DNA of 43,903 nt, taken from contig JAYTEL010000054.1 of assembly GCA_043735225.1 (NCBI GenBank), positions 1-43,903 of the forward strand. Direction: 5' to 3'. Each line of letters opens with the position of its first letter. Within the stretch, counting starts at the first letter, position 1. Of the stretch, positions 29,756 to 38,430 are shown in pieces. The notes under the pieces are model-generated. The model had not been told where the DNA came from and did no database searches. It saw nothing but the letters and a program-made list of their open reading frames with translations. The translations under genes and the position numbers were made by a program. Origin of the DNA: Methylotenera sp. (lineage in GTDB: Bacteria > Pseudomonadota > Gammaproteobacteria > Burkholderiales > Methylophilaceae).

Positions 29756-30616
29756 ATGAATCAGTTAGAAAACTTAATTACGCGCGCTGAAGGCTTAATA
29801 AGCAAATTAGAGAATTTATTGCCAGCTAATGCCCCGTCCGTAGATTGGCAAGCTACCGCCTGGCGCTGGGTAAAAATTGATGGTAAAAGTCAATTACTAG
29901 CTGTAGCAAAACCACATCTAATTGCGCTTAACAATATTCATTTTGTCGATAAGCAAAAGACAGAGATTGTGCGCAATACACGCCAATTTTTAGCTGGGTT
30001 ACCCGCTAATAATGTGCTGTTAACTGGCGCACGTGGCACAGGAAAATCTAGCATAATCAAGGCTTTACTAACAGAATTTGCAGCGCAAAATCTGCGATTG
30101 ATTGAAGTAGAGAAGAGTGATTTGGTGCAATTACCAGAGATTATGGGTTTAATTAAAGGTCGCAAGGAAAAATTTATTATTTTTTGCGATGACCTAACTT
30201 TTGAAGCAAATGATGAAAGCTATAAAGCGTTAAAAGTCGTATTAGATGGCTCGGTTTCAGCGATTTCAGACAATATGTTGGTGTATGCAACGTCGAATCG
30301 CAAAAACTTAATGCCGGAATTTATGATTGACAATCTTGCCACCAAACATAGCGATGGTGAGATTCGCCCAAGTGATACGATTGAGGAAAAAACTGCGCTG
30401 GCAGAACGTTTTGGCTTGTGGTTATCGTTTTATGCGTTCAATCAAGATGAATATTTAGCGATTTGCAAATGCTGGTTAGCAACGTTTGATATTGCGTGGG
30501 ATGACGCTGCAAGCCGCGCTGCGCTTAGCTTTACGCATACACGTGGCGCGCGCAGTGGGCGTGTGGCGCACCAATTTGCAAGAGATTACGCAGGAAAAAT
30601 ACAACTCCAAAAATGA
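29756..30616 (+). CDS. DUF815-family AAA+ ATP-binding protein
   Basis: Walker A GARGTGKSS, FCDDL, YATSNR and RSGRVAHQFA; argJ-ATPase-Nudix synteny. Confidence 0.9.
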   Translation: MNQLENLITRAEGLISKLENLLPANAPSVDWQATAWRWVKIDGKSQLLAVAKPHLIALNNIHFVDKQKTEIVRNTRQFLAGLPANNVLLTGARGTGKSSIIKALLTEFAAQNLRLIEVEKSDLVQLPEIMGLIKGRKEKFIIFCDDLTFEANDESYKALKVVLDGSVSAISDNMLVYATSNRKNLMPEFMIDNLATKHSDGEIRPSDTIEEKTALAERFGLWLSFYAFNQDEYLAICKCWLATFDIAWDDAASRAALSFTHTRGARSGRVAHQFARDYAGKIQLQK

Positions 30617-31605
30617 GTAATACCATTCATGTGGCAGTTGCCATTTTGCAACGAAAAAATGACGATGGACAAAACGAATTTTTACTCGCCAGCCGCCCGC
30701 ACGGTAAAGGCTGGGCGGGCTGGTGGGAGTTTCCTGGCGGTAAAATTGAGGCTGGTGAAACGCCTGAACATGCCTTAGTGCGCGAGCTTCAAGAAGAGCT
30801 TGGCATTACGCCAACGCTTACGCAGCAATGGCTAAAGCGCCGTTTTGATTATCCGGCCATTTCACAAAACGGACATGATTCAGCTGCCAAAACCGTGTTG
30901 CTGCATTTTTATTTTGTAAACGCTTGGCAAGGTGAAATCACGCCCAATGAAGGCCAGCAATTAAGCTGGCAAAATGCGCAACACATCACCGTTTCACCCG
31001 TGTTGCCCGCCAATGCGCCAATTATGCAAGCGCTGGCATTGCCGCCAATTTATGCAATTTCTAATATGGCAGAAATGGGCGAGCGCGCTTGGTTAAACGC
31101 GCTAGAAACACAGCTTAAAAATGGTTTGAGATTAATGCAATTACGTGAGAAGCAGTTGGCAAGCCCAGCATTAATGCGGCTTGCAGAGCAGGTGTTAACG
31201 ATGGCAAGCGCATATGACGCAAAAGTTTTAATTAATACGGATGTGGCGTTAGCGCAAAAGATTGGCGCGCTATATACAGGCAAACTCGGCGTGCATTTAA
31301 GCAGTTTGCAGCTTATGCAAATGATTGAAAAACCAGTGGGCGTAATGGTTGCGGCGTCTTGCCATAACACGCTTGAGTTAGCGCATGCGCAGCATTTAGG
31401 ATTAGATTTTGTGGTTTTATCGCCTGTTTTGGCTACAAAAAGTCACGAAAACGCAGCCACTTTAGGTTGGGATAATTTCAAAAAATTACTGGAAAATTCA
31501 ATAATGCCAGTTTACGCACTCGGCGGCATGCAGATGCTTGATTTAGATCAAGCCTTAAGTTGCGGCGCGCGCGGCATTGCTATGCAGCGCGCTATTTGGC
31601 AGTAA
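30613..31605 (+). CDS. MutT-like Nudix hydrolase fused to a thiamine-phosphate-synthase-like TIM barrel
   Basis: Nudix box WEFPGGKIEAGETPEHALVRELQEELG; C-terminal QLREK, GVHL, ASCH, SPV.ATKSH and YALGG. Confidence 0.92.
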   Translation: MSNTIHVAVAILQRKNDDGQNEFLLASRPHGKGWAGWWEFPGGKIEAGETPEHALVRELQEELGITPTLTQQWLKRRFDYPAISQNGHDSAAKTVLLHFYFVNAWQGEITPNEGQQLSWQNAQHITVSPVLPANAPIMQALALPPIYAISNMAEMGERAWLNALETQLKNGLRLMQLREKQLASPALMRLAEQVLTMASAYDAKVLINTDVALAQKIGALYTGKLGVHLSSLQLMQMIEKPVGVMVAASCHNTLELAHAQHLGLDFVVLSPVLATKSHENAATLGWDNFKKLLENSIMPVYALGGMQMLDLDQALSCGARGIAMQRAIWQ

Positions 31606-31607
31606 AT

Positions 31608-32051
31608 TTACTCAGTTACTTTAATCGGTAAAGTTACCAATTGTTGCGTCACTTTGCCTGTTGCATCTCTAAACGTTAACGTTAAATCTAGTTTCTCACC
31701 CACTAAAAGTGGTTTTTTTAAATCGAACAACATTAAATGAAAACCGCCAGGCGTGAGCTTTTCTTCTATACCCGCTTTTAACGGAAACTCTGGCAACATA
31801 CGCATTTTCATTACGCCGTCATTCATTGTCATACTATGAATTTCTACCGAACTGGCAAGTGGCGTTTCTGCACGAATAAACGTGCTGTCATCTGCGCTAA
31901 TAAATGTCATGTAAGCCGCGCCTACGCTTTGCCCTGGTGCATTGGCGCGAGCCCAGGCGTCCATTATTGCCACACGATTATTCACCTCGCACGCTGTTAA
32001 TAAAAGCGCTAACGTAATTACGCCAGCAAAAAATTTAATCATTTTTGTCAT
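31608..32051 (-). CDS. Periplasmic copper chaperone PCu(A)C (lipoprotein)
   Basis: Lipobox LLTAC; AWARA, AAYM, EIHSM...MKMR and PGGFHLML Cu(I) motif. Confidence 0.9.
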   Translation of the reverse strand: MTKMIKFFAGVITLALLLTACEVNNRVAIMDAWARANAPGQSVGAAYMTFISADDSTFIRAETPLASSVEIHSMTMNDGVMKMRMLPEFPLKAGIEEKLTPGGFHLMLFDLKKPLLVGEKLDLTLTFRDATGKVTQQLVTLPIKVTE

Positions 32052-32239
32052 TTATCATCCTCATATTCTGGATCAATCGGTTTATTGTCGGGTATTTTAT
32101 AATTTTCGTTTGCCCAATCGCCCAAATCTATAAGCTTGCAACGTTGGCTGCAAAATGGCCTAAACGTATTGCTGATAGAATATTCGATGAGTTTTTTGCA
32201 ATTAGGGCAAGCGACTAATCGCGGGCTGTTGGCAGACAT
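32048..32239 (-). CDS. yacG: DNA gyrase inhibitor YacG
   Basis: CPNC...FRPFCSQRCKLIDLGDWA; coaE-zapD-yacG synteny. Confidence 0.95.
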   Translation of the reverse strand: MSANSPRLVACPNCKKLIEYSISNTFRPFCSQRCKLIDLGDWANENYKIPDNKPIDPEYEDDK

Positions 32240-32339
32240 TAGAAATTGGCTTTAAAGTCGAATCTTTAAATTTTACGCAATATTGGCGTTGTAATAAAGT
32301 ATTTACTGTAAAACTTTTGCTGCGCAGGCAATAAATTCG

Positions 32340-33098
32340 CTATAAGTTACACAGTGTCATTTTAAAATCAATGGCGTGGTCGCATTGTTTAGGTTTTTGC
32401 ACAAAATCTAGGGCAAAAAAACGTACATTAATGGCATATTTATTAGCGCTTACTTCAGGAAAGCACGGACAATCATCTAATAATTCAATTCTTAACATTT
32501 GCGCTGGTTTTGCGCCGCCCAACATTTGCTGAAAAAAACCAGTATTTACATGATGGTTAGACGCTAAACCGCTGCCGCGCAAAATATGTAAAATGGTTTT
32601 AACAGCGTTATACATTGGAATAAGACGAGTCAACCAGTCTCCAAAATCGGCTTTGCGCTTTACTTCATCAAGATTAAGCCAGTGATGGTAGGAAGGTAAA
32701 TCAAACTGACATACTCCGCCCAAAATACCAGCGCGCGCCTTTATGCTCATTAGCCAGTCGTTCTCGCGTAAGTGTTGGCCTAACTTGGCGTTATCGCTGC
32801 GTAAGGTAGTAGAGCTGGCGCCGATTTCTTTTAAAATACCGTTTAAAACCGCTTCGGCAATAATCGGGTTACCGCGTAAGTTTTGCATCGCCAATCGTTG
32901 GCGATCAAGCTCTTGCACCAAATCCATTTTAAGATCGGCGCGGTCGATAATATCCAGCATTTGTAATAGCGAAATAAGTGCGCTGTGATGATTGTGCTGA
33001 TTGCCAGCAGCAACATTTAGCAAAATTTTGCCAAATATATCCTCAAGGCGCAGCAAGGTGCGAATACGTTCGTTAAAAGGAAATTCGTAGCTAGACAT
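32340..33098 (-). CDS. zapD: Cell division protein ZapD
   Basis: YEFPFNERIRTLLRLE, CQFDLPSYH and SANKYAINVRF. Alternative start at 33116. Confidence 0.95.
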   Translation of the reverse strand: MSSYEFPFNERIRTLLRLEDIFGKILLNVAAGNQHNHHSALISLLQMLDIIDRADLKMDLVQELDRQRLAMQNLRGNPIIAEAVLNGILKEIGASSTTLRSDNAKLGQHLRENDWLMSIKARAGILGGVCQFDLPSYHHWLNLDEVKRKADFGDWLTRLIPMYNAVKTILHILRGSGLASNHHVNTGFFQQMLGGAKPAQMLRIELLDDCPCFPEVSANKYAINVRFFALDFVQKPKQCDHAIDFKMTLCNL

Positions 33099-33142
33099 GA
33101 CAAAAAGTCTGCTCATTTATAGTAGTTAATTGAGGTGGATTA

Positions 33143-33772
33143 TCAGATAGTTTTGCTAACTATGCAAGTATTAAGGTATTTTTGATGAATAAGCATGACA
33201 TTGTTACGCAAGTCTGTCATGTTTTTGTCATTTTTGATTATATCGTCCGCACATTTTAAAAGTTTTTTGCGTGGAGTTTGCGCTTTAATGATTTGCAAAA
33301 TTTCAGATTCTGGCAATTGACTGCGCATTTTTACACGGGCAATTTGCGTGGCTTTATTACAATCAATCAGCAAAATGCGGTTGATAAGCGGTAAATATCG
33401 CGGGCTTTCAAACAATAATGGAATCGCCAAAATTTGATACTGTACGCTTTTACTTGGTGACATTTGGTTTGCTTGTAATTTTAAAAGCGCAGCTGTGTAA
33501 ATGGCGGGGTGCATTAGCGAATTTAACTTAGCGCGCGCATTATTGTCGTTAAAAACAAGCGAGCGCATGGCAGCCCGATTTAATGCGCCCTCGGGCGTGA
33601 TATATGCGTCGCCAAAATAGGTTTTAATTTCAGTAACAAGCGGTTGTTTGGCTGCGGTTAATTGGTGGGAAATCACATCAAGATCGGTAACTGGCACGCC
33701 AAGCTCAGCAAATATATTGGCGGCCTCACTTTTGCCGCTGCCAATGCCGCCCGTTAACGCAATTACAAACAT
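33143..33772 (-). CDS. coaE: Dephospho-CoA kinase
   Basis: LTGGIGSGKS, HPAI and IPLLFE. Confidence 0.95.
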   Translation of the reverse strand: MFVIALTGGIGSGKSEAANIFAELGVPVTDLDVISHQLTAAKQPLVTEIKTYFGDAYITPEGALNRAAMRSLVFNDNNARAKLNSLMHPAIYTAALLKLQANQMSPSKSVQYQILAIPLLFESPRYLPLINRILLIDCNKATQIARVKMRSQLPESEILQIIKAQTPRKKLLKCADDIIKNDKNMTDLRNNVMLIHQKYLNTCIVSKTI

Positions 33773-33830
33773 AAGCGAGCGACTACAAGCATAAGTTTGC
33801 TATAACAATCATTTAGTGCGGAACATTTAG

Positions 33831-34769
33831 TTAATTGGGTAAATATAAGTGCATCAACTGAGCGCCAAAAAACAGTGCAGCAACGCCGCCCAAAGCTAAA
33901 AATGGGCCAAATGGGATAGCTGTGCCGCCATCTTTGCCTTTAAACATAATTAAGCCAATGCCTATTACTGCGCCTGCCACGGAGCTTAACAAGATTACTG
34001 CGGGTAACATTTGCCAGCCAAACCAGGCGCCAATTGCCGCCAGCAGCTTAAAATCGCCATAACCCATACCTTCTTTACCAGTGACAAGTTTAAAAGCCCA
34101 ATAAACGAGCCATAAAATTAAATAGCCAAAAATTGCGCCTAAAACTGCCGATTTCAAATCAATGTTTAAATTTACGTGATGGTCAGCAAAGCCACCATTC
34201 ATATTAAATATTAGACCCAGCCACAACAATGGCAAAGTAATATCATCAGGCAACAACTGCGTATCAACATCGATAAACGTGAGTGTGACAAGCGCAAATA
34301 CTAAAATCCACGCAAAAATTGTAGTGGCAGTAAAGCCATACTGGTAGGCAACTGCGCCAATTAACGCACCAGTTAAAACTTCAATTAATGGATAGCGCAA
34401 GCTAATACCGGTTTTGCAACCTTTGCATTGTCCACCCAGCATTAAATAACTAATCACAGGAATATTTTCAAGCGCTGAGATTTGATGGCCGCACTTGGGG
34501 CAAGCCGAACGCGGCGTGATGATATTGTATGTAGTTTGAGCGGGGACAGCACTCAACCCAGCCACTGTTAAGTCTTCGGTTCTGCCCTGTAATTCTAAAC
34601 AGTTGGCGTGCCATTCGCGCTCCATCATTTTGGGCAGGCGGTGAATCACCACGTTTAAAAAGCTGCCCACAAGCAGGCCAAAAATGACAGAAAATGTCAC
34701 AAATACAGTTGAATTATTGCGTAATAGTTCTGAAAGCGGCGTTAAAAAATCAAACAAAGAATTAAACAT
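33831..34769 (-). CDS. pilD: Prepilin peptidase / N-methyltransferase
   Basis: GSFLNVVIHRLP, two CxxC pairs, FIDVDTQLLPD, GMGYGDFKL and IPFGPFL. Confidence 0.95.
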   Translation of the reverse strand: MFNSLFDFLTPLSELLRNNSTVFVTFSVIFGLLVGSFLNVVIHRLPKMMEREWHANCLELQGRTEDLTVAGLSAVPAQTTYNIITPRSACPKCGHQISALENIPVISYLMLGGQCKGCKTGISLRYPLIEVLTGALIGAVAYQYGFTATTIFAWILVFALVTLTFIDVDTQLLPDDITLPLLWLGLIFNMNGGFADHHVNLNIDLKSAVLGAIFGYLILWLVYWAFKLVTGKEGMGYGDFKLLAAIGAWFGWQMLPAVILLSSVAGAVIGIGLIMFKGKDGGTAIPFGPFLALGGVAALFFGAQLMHLYLPN

Positions 34770-34925
34770 AAACTTTTCCGAAGCTGTGTAAACTTATGTA
34801 ATCATGGCATCGTTAATGATTGTATGCAACAAATGGACAAAATTGGCGTTAAAATTGCTTGATTAATTAAGCATAGTCACCATTTAAGTAATACCATAGT
34901 ATTCATTAGGCAATAAAAGGATAAA

Positions 34926-35348
34926 ATGACCGAAAATAATTTTCCGTTAAACGCTGCTGAAATTGTCGAGCTAAATAACATTAACCATCCACAATGGGAT
35001 GAGCCGATTATTTGTCGTGTAGAAGTTGATTTGCCAGGTTGGTTAACCCAGTTAACCAATGGAAAACAGTGGGAGGTATTTAGCGAAGACGAGGCTGAAA
35101 CCTGCATTAGCTTTAGTTTGCGCGAGCGCGAATTAAAAAATAACAAACAATTGCCAAAAATAACATCTAAATTAAAGCCAAGTTTAGCGCCAAGACTGGC
35201 TGAAGTAACGCTTTATCACAACGGTTATGCGGTCGTTGATGTGGATGGCAAAGCCTTATTTGGCGGCACGTTAACCAATGGCACTAGCGATTGCGCTCAT
35301 TTAAGTTATTTTCATGCTGATAGCGGCGAGCCGATTACATTAAATTAG
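34926..35348 (+). CDS. Hypothetical protein, 140 aa
   Basis: ATG preceded by AAGGA; globular-looking composition; fills the gap between pilD and the DUF2063 gene. No family recognised. Confidence 0.7.
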   Translation: MTENNFPLNAAEIVELNNINHPQWDEPIICRVEVDLPGWLTQLTNGKQWEVFSEDEAETCISFSLRERELKNNKQLPKITSKLKPSLAPRLAEVTLYHNGYAVVDVDGKALFGGTLTNGTSDCAHLSYFHADSGEPITLN

Positions 35349-36103
35349 CCGCTACACTTGTATAATGATACGCTGCCAATAATCGCCTGTTGACTGGCTA
35401 AATCGGCTAATATTTCCGCGCCAAACATAGTAATTGCATTAACATCCGCAACATTAAGCTCATCTGCAAGTCGCATTAATGCTTGTTTTCCTGTTAATTG
35501 ATCGCATTTTATTAAACTTAATAATTGAAATGTCATGTGGTTTAATTCAATAAATTTCACATTATTTTCGGTGTTTCTAAACACTAATAAATACGTTTGT
35601 ACCTTTAATGTTGGGTGCTTGCCTTTTGATATATTTTGCACGGCGAAATCGTAATTTAACAGCATGTGCGACTGCGCTAATATCGGTTTTTCGTTTAATA
35701 AATCAATTTTATCGCTTAATTTTACGGGCGCCATTTGTTGCGAGGCAACTGCTAACTCTACCCATTCGTAATGCGCAAGCGATTGAAAATAAATGGGTAA
35801 ACCGAGTCCTGACCCTATAAAAAGCAAAAACTGCTGCGGAATTTCTCTAAAAATTGGTGTGGCTGCTTGATGGTTAGCAAAAAATGCACGCACTAATTTA
35901 TGCCATGCTTGTGCGCCCAACATGCTCTGGCAGTCGGGGAAGCAAGCTGAAACTGAACTAAAAATAGTATTAAAAACAATTTCGCGGTAAATGCCCATTC
36001 GCGCATCAATAACTTTTGCGGGTTTTTTGTTGGTTTTTGGGCTGCGAATGTGCGCGGTGAAAGCAATTTGGTAGCGTTGAAAATCAAGCATATGCTTGGG
36101 CAT
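35345..36103 (-). CDS. DUF2063-family MNIO partner / RiPP maturation protein (HvfC/BufC-like)
   Basis: FQRYQIAFTAHIRSP, RMGIYRE..FN, TPIFREIP..F and LAHYEWVEL; overlaps the DUF692 gene. Confidence 0.9.
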   Translation of the reverse strand: MPKHMLDFQRYQIAFTAHIRSPKTNKKPAKVIDARMGIYREIVFNTIFSSVSACFPDCQSMLGAQAWHKLVRAFFANHQAATPIFREIPQQFLLFIGSGLGLPIYFQSLAHYEWVELAVASQQMAPVKLSDKIDLLNEKPILAQSHMLLNYDFAVQNISKGKHPTLKVQTYLLVFRNTENNVKFIELNHMTFQLLSLIKCDQLTGKQALMRLADELNVADVNAITMFGAEILADLASQQAIIGSVSLYKCSG

Positions 36104-36992
36104 TTATGCGCGCTTGGTAAGCAGCGATTTTATTCACTTCTTGCATTAATTCTGGCAGTGCAGGAATGTTAGTGTCGCGTTCTAACAGCGTAGGAAACAC
36201 ACCAAATAATTGATAAGCTTCGTCTAGCAGCGACCAGACGGGATCAATGATGTTTTCTCCATGTGTATCCACCAACACATTATCTTTTACTTGCAAATGG
36301 CCTGCAATGTGGCTGTAAACAATACGTTCGCGCGGTAATTGGCGCAAAAACGCACTGGCATCTTTAATTGGATCGCGGTGTTGGCCATTGCTAAAATTAA
36401 CGCAATTGACATAAATATTATTAATATCTAGATGCAATAAACAATCGGCTTCAGTGAGTACCGCATTTAAAAACGTAATTTCATCCATGGTTGAGATGGG
36501 TGCGGCTACATAAAACGATATATTTTCAACCGCAATGCGTTGGCCTAAAATATCTTGCGTTTGACGAATACGCGCTGCCACGTATTTGACCGCTTCATCG
36601 GTAAAAGGAATCGGCAACAAATCGTACAGATAGCCGGCTTGACCATGTTGAATATCGGTACAGTAACTTAAGTGTTCGGTGTAAAGCGGGATTTTATTGA
36701 TTGCTAGAAATTGTTTTACTTGTTGTAAAAAGCCAATATTTAGCGTATCAACCCCGCCTAGCGATAAACATAATCCGTGGCAGGCAATTGGGTAGCGCTC
36801 CACAAACCAAGCCAAATCGGCTTCGGCTTTGCCGCCCGCGCCAATCCAGTTTTCGGGCGCGATTTCGACAAAGTTAATATTGCTGATGCTTGGGTCTACA
36901 TGATTACAGTCGTTAAACAGGCGTTGAATTTGCGGTATTAGCTCGCGCTTTAATCCTAGCCCAACACCTTTTATATCAGCCAATAAAGCCAC
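36084..36992 (-). CDS. DUF692-family multinuclear non-heme iron-dependent oxidative enzyme (MNIO; HvfB/BufB/MbnB/TglH family)
   Basis: GVGLGL, EIAPENW, HGLCLSLGG, TEHLSY, DLLPIP, VENIS, LDINNIYVN, HIAGH, DTHG and LLERD metal-ligand motifs. Confidence 0.95.
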   Translation of the reverse strand: MALLADIKGVGLGLKRELIPQIQRLFNDCNHVDPSISNINFVEIAPENWIGAGGKAEADLAWFVERYPIACHGLCLSLGGVDTLNIGFLQQVKQFLAINKIPLYTEHLSYCTDIQHGQAGYLYDLLPIPFTDEAVKYVAARIRQTQDILGQRIAVENISFYVAAPISTMDEITFLNAVLTEADCLLHLDINNIYVNCVNFSNGQHRDPIKDASAFLRQLPRERIVYSHIAGHLQVKDNVLVDTHGENIIDPVWSLLDEAYQLFGVFPTLLERDTNIPALPELMQEVNKIAAYQARINAQAYA

Positions 36993-37008
36993 TAAATTTT
37001 ACCTTTAA

Positions 37009-37039
37009 ATCAAAACAGCGCATTACGCGCTGATTGGAT
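37009..37039 (-). terminator. Stem-loop between the precursor and MNIO genes (leaky terminator or stabiliser)
   Basis: Minus strand atccaatCAGCGC-gtaat-GCGCTGttttgat: a 6-bp GC-rich stem followed by T4. Confidence 0.55.
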
Positions 37040-37053
37040 GTAGTTTTGAAAAA

Positions 37054-37461
37054 TTATTTTTTGTCTGAATGGCAAGAACCTTCTTTGCCTTTCATCTCTG
37101 CGTGACAGCTACCGTCTTTTGCTTTATCAGTCATTTGGTCAGTCATCATATCCGCTTTCATTTCTGCGCTGCAATTACCATCTTTCATTTTATCTGCACT
37201 GCAAGATCCCTCAGCACTTTTTTCTGTCGTGCCTTTGTCCATTTTGGTTTTTTCTGCCGTTTTTTTGTTTGCGCCGCACTTGCCTGTACCGCATTTACCA
37301 TCTTTCATTTTTGTACCCGCTGTTGCATCGGCTACTTGATAGCCACTGCTCAGCGATTTAATCGCAAATGGATTGTCGGCGGCCTGAATGCTAGTAGAAG
37401 CAATTGTTGCAGCAAAAGCCCCACATACGGCTAAAGATAACGCTTTATTAGTTGAGTTCAT
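37054..37461 (-). CDS. Secreted Cys-repeat RiPP precursor (HvfA/oxazolin-like)
   Basis: Sec signal peptide (SIQA-ADNPF), NPF...L..GY motif, six xG-x-C-x repeats (DGKCG, TGKCG, EGSCS, DGNCS, DGSCH, EGSCH); directly upstream of DUF692; AAGGA RBS. Confidence 0.9.
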   Translation of the reverse strand: MNSTNKALSLAVCGAFAATIASTSIQAADNPFAIKSLSSGYQVADATAGTKMKDGKCGTGKCGANKKTAEKTKMDKGTTEKSAEGSCSADKMKDGNCSAEMKADMMTDQMTDKAKDGSCHAEMKGKEGSCHSDKK

Positions 37462-37571
37462 TTCAAAAATTCCTTTAAAATTAATAAGTGATGATTAAGC
37501 TTAATGCGCGTCAATCATTTCAATTGTTATAGCCTAGTTTCTTATGTGTTTGTTTTTAATATCTTAATTTT

Positions 37572-37820
37572 CTACATTTTACCTTTAAGATAAATAGATA
37601 TGCGCTGTTTAGATGCAGACGGCATTTCGATATTGTTGTTACTTTCAATTGAGCTAATCATTGCTTTTATAGCTACGCAAAGAGTTTGTAAATGTTGACT
37701 AAATTGTTTGCACTTTTTGCAAATAAATAAATGCAATTTAAGTGCAAATCGTTCACGCAACGTTAATTTTCGATCTAACGATTGTGAAATAAGCTGACTA
37801 ATTTGTTTGCAATTCAACAT
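37572..37820 (-). CDS. zf-HC2 zinc-binding anti-sigma factor
   Basis: C-x22-H-x3-C-x2-C (CKQISQL...HLFICKKC); soluble 82 aa; follows the ECF sigma gene. Confidence 0.88.
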   Translation of the reverse strand: MLNCKQISQLISQSLDRKLTLRERFALKLHLFICKKCKQFSQHLQTLCVAIKAMISSIESNNNIEMPSASKQRISIYLKGKM

Positions 37821-37873
37821 GCTAAATTCTATTCATTTCTAAACAATACATGTACTAAACAGCTTAAAAACTG

Positions 37874-38428
37874 CTATGCACTCAACCAATTGATTTCTAA
37901 ACATTTTCTTAATCCCATCCGGGCTCTGTACAACATTACCCAAGCATTGGTCGCACTAATATTCAGTTCCTTACAAATTTCATTATTATCGGTTTCATGC
38001 ACGTCGCGCATCAAAAATAATTGCGCAGCTTTTGCAGGTAATTTTTCTATGCAAGTTTGTAAAATACCTAAAAATTGTTTCTGCTCCAGTGCGCCTTCTG
38101 GCATATCCCATGCAAGTGGTGGTTCAGCCCAGTGGCCTTTTTCATCAAAAAATTCATCCATGTTGGCATCCTCGTCGCTCAATAAATCGCTGGCAGCTAC
38201 TTCGCGCACACTTTTGCGCATTACATCAATTATTTTATGTTTTAAAATGCCAGTTAGCCAAGTGCGCGGCGCTGATTGCTGGGCAAAGTTGGGCGATTTA
38301 ATGGCGGCTAAAAAGGTTTCTTGCACTACGTCTTCGGCTTGGTGCGGGTCGCGCAAACGCGCCAGCGCAAAGCGATATAAATAATCGCCATGCTCGTTAA
38401 GCCAATTGTGCACGTTAGGAGTTGCCAT
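37874..38428 (-). CDS. ECF-type RNA polymerase sigma-70 factor
   Basis: Region 2 AEDVVQETFLAA and TWLTGILKHKIID; region 4 EICKELNISATNAWVMLYRARMGLRKCLE. Confidence 0.93.
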   Translation of the reverse strand: MATPNVHNWLNEHGDYLYRFALARLRDPHQAEDVVQETFLAAIKSPNFAQQSAPRTWLTGILKHKIIDVMRKSVREVAASDLLSDEDANMDEFFDEKGHWAEPPLAWDMPEGALEQKQFLGILQTCIEKLPAKAAQLFLMRDVHETDNNEICKELNISATNAWVMLYRARMGLRKCLEINWLSA

Positions 38429-38430
38429 TT

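Noticed and set aside
30613-31605. Nudix-ThiE fusion as a novelty
   Set aside because: It is a common architecture next to argJ in beta- and gammaproteobacteria.
37420-37461. Cys in the precursor signal peptide (LAVC) as a lipobox
   Set aside because: Val at -1 does not fit the [GAS]-C lipobox; an SPase I site (IQA-A) is more plausible.
37462-37571. ECF promoter upstream of the precursor
   Set aside because: One is expected, but no convincing -35/-10 pair could be assigned by eye.
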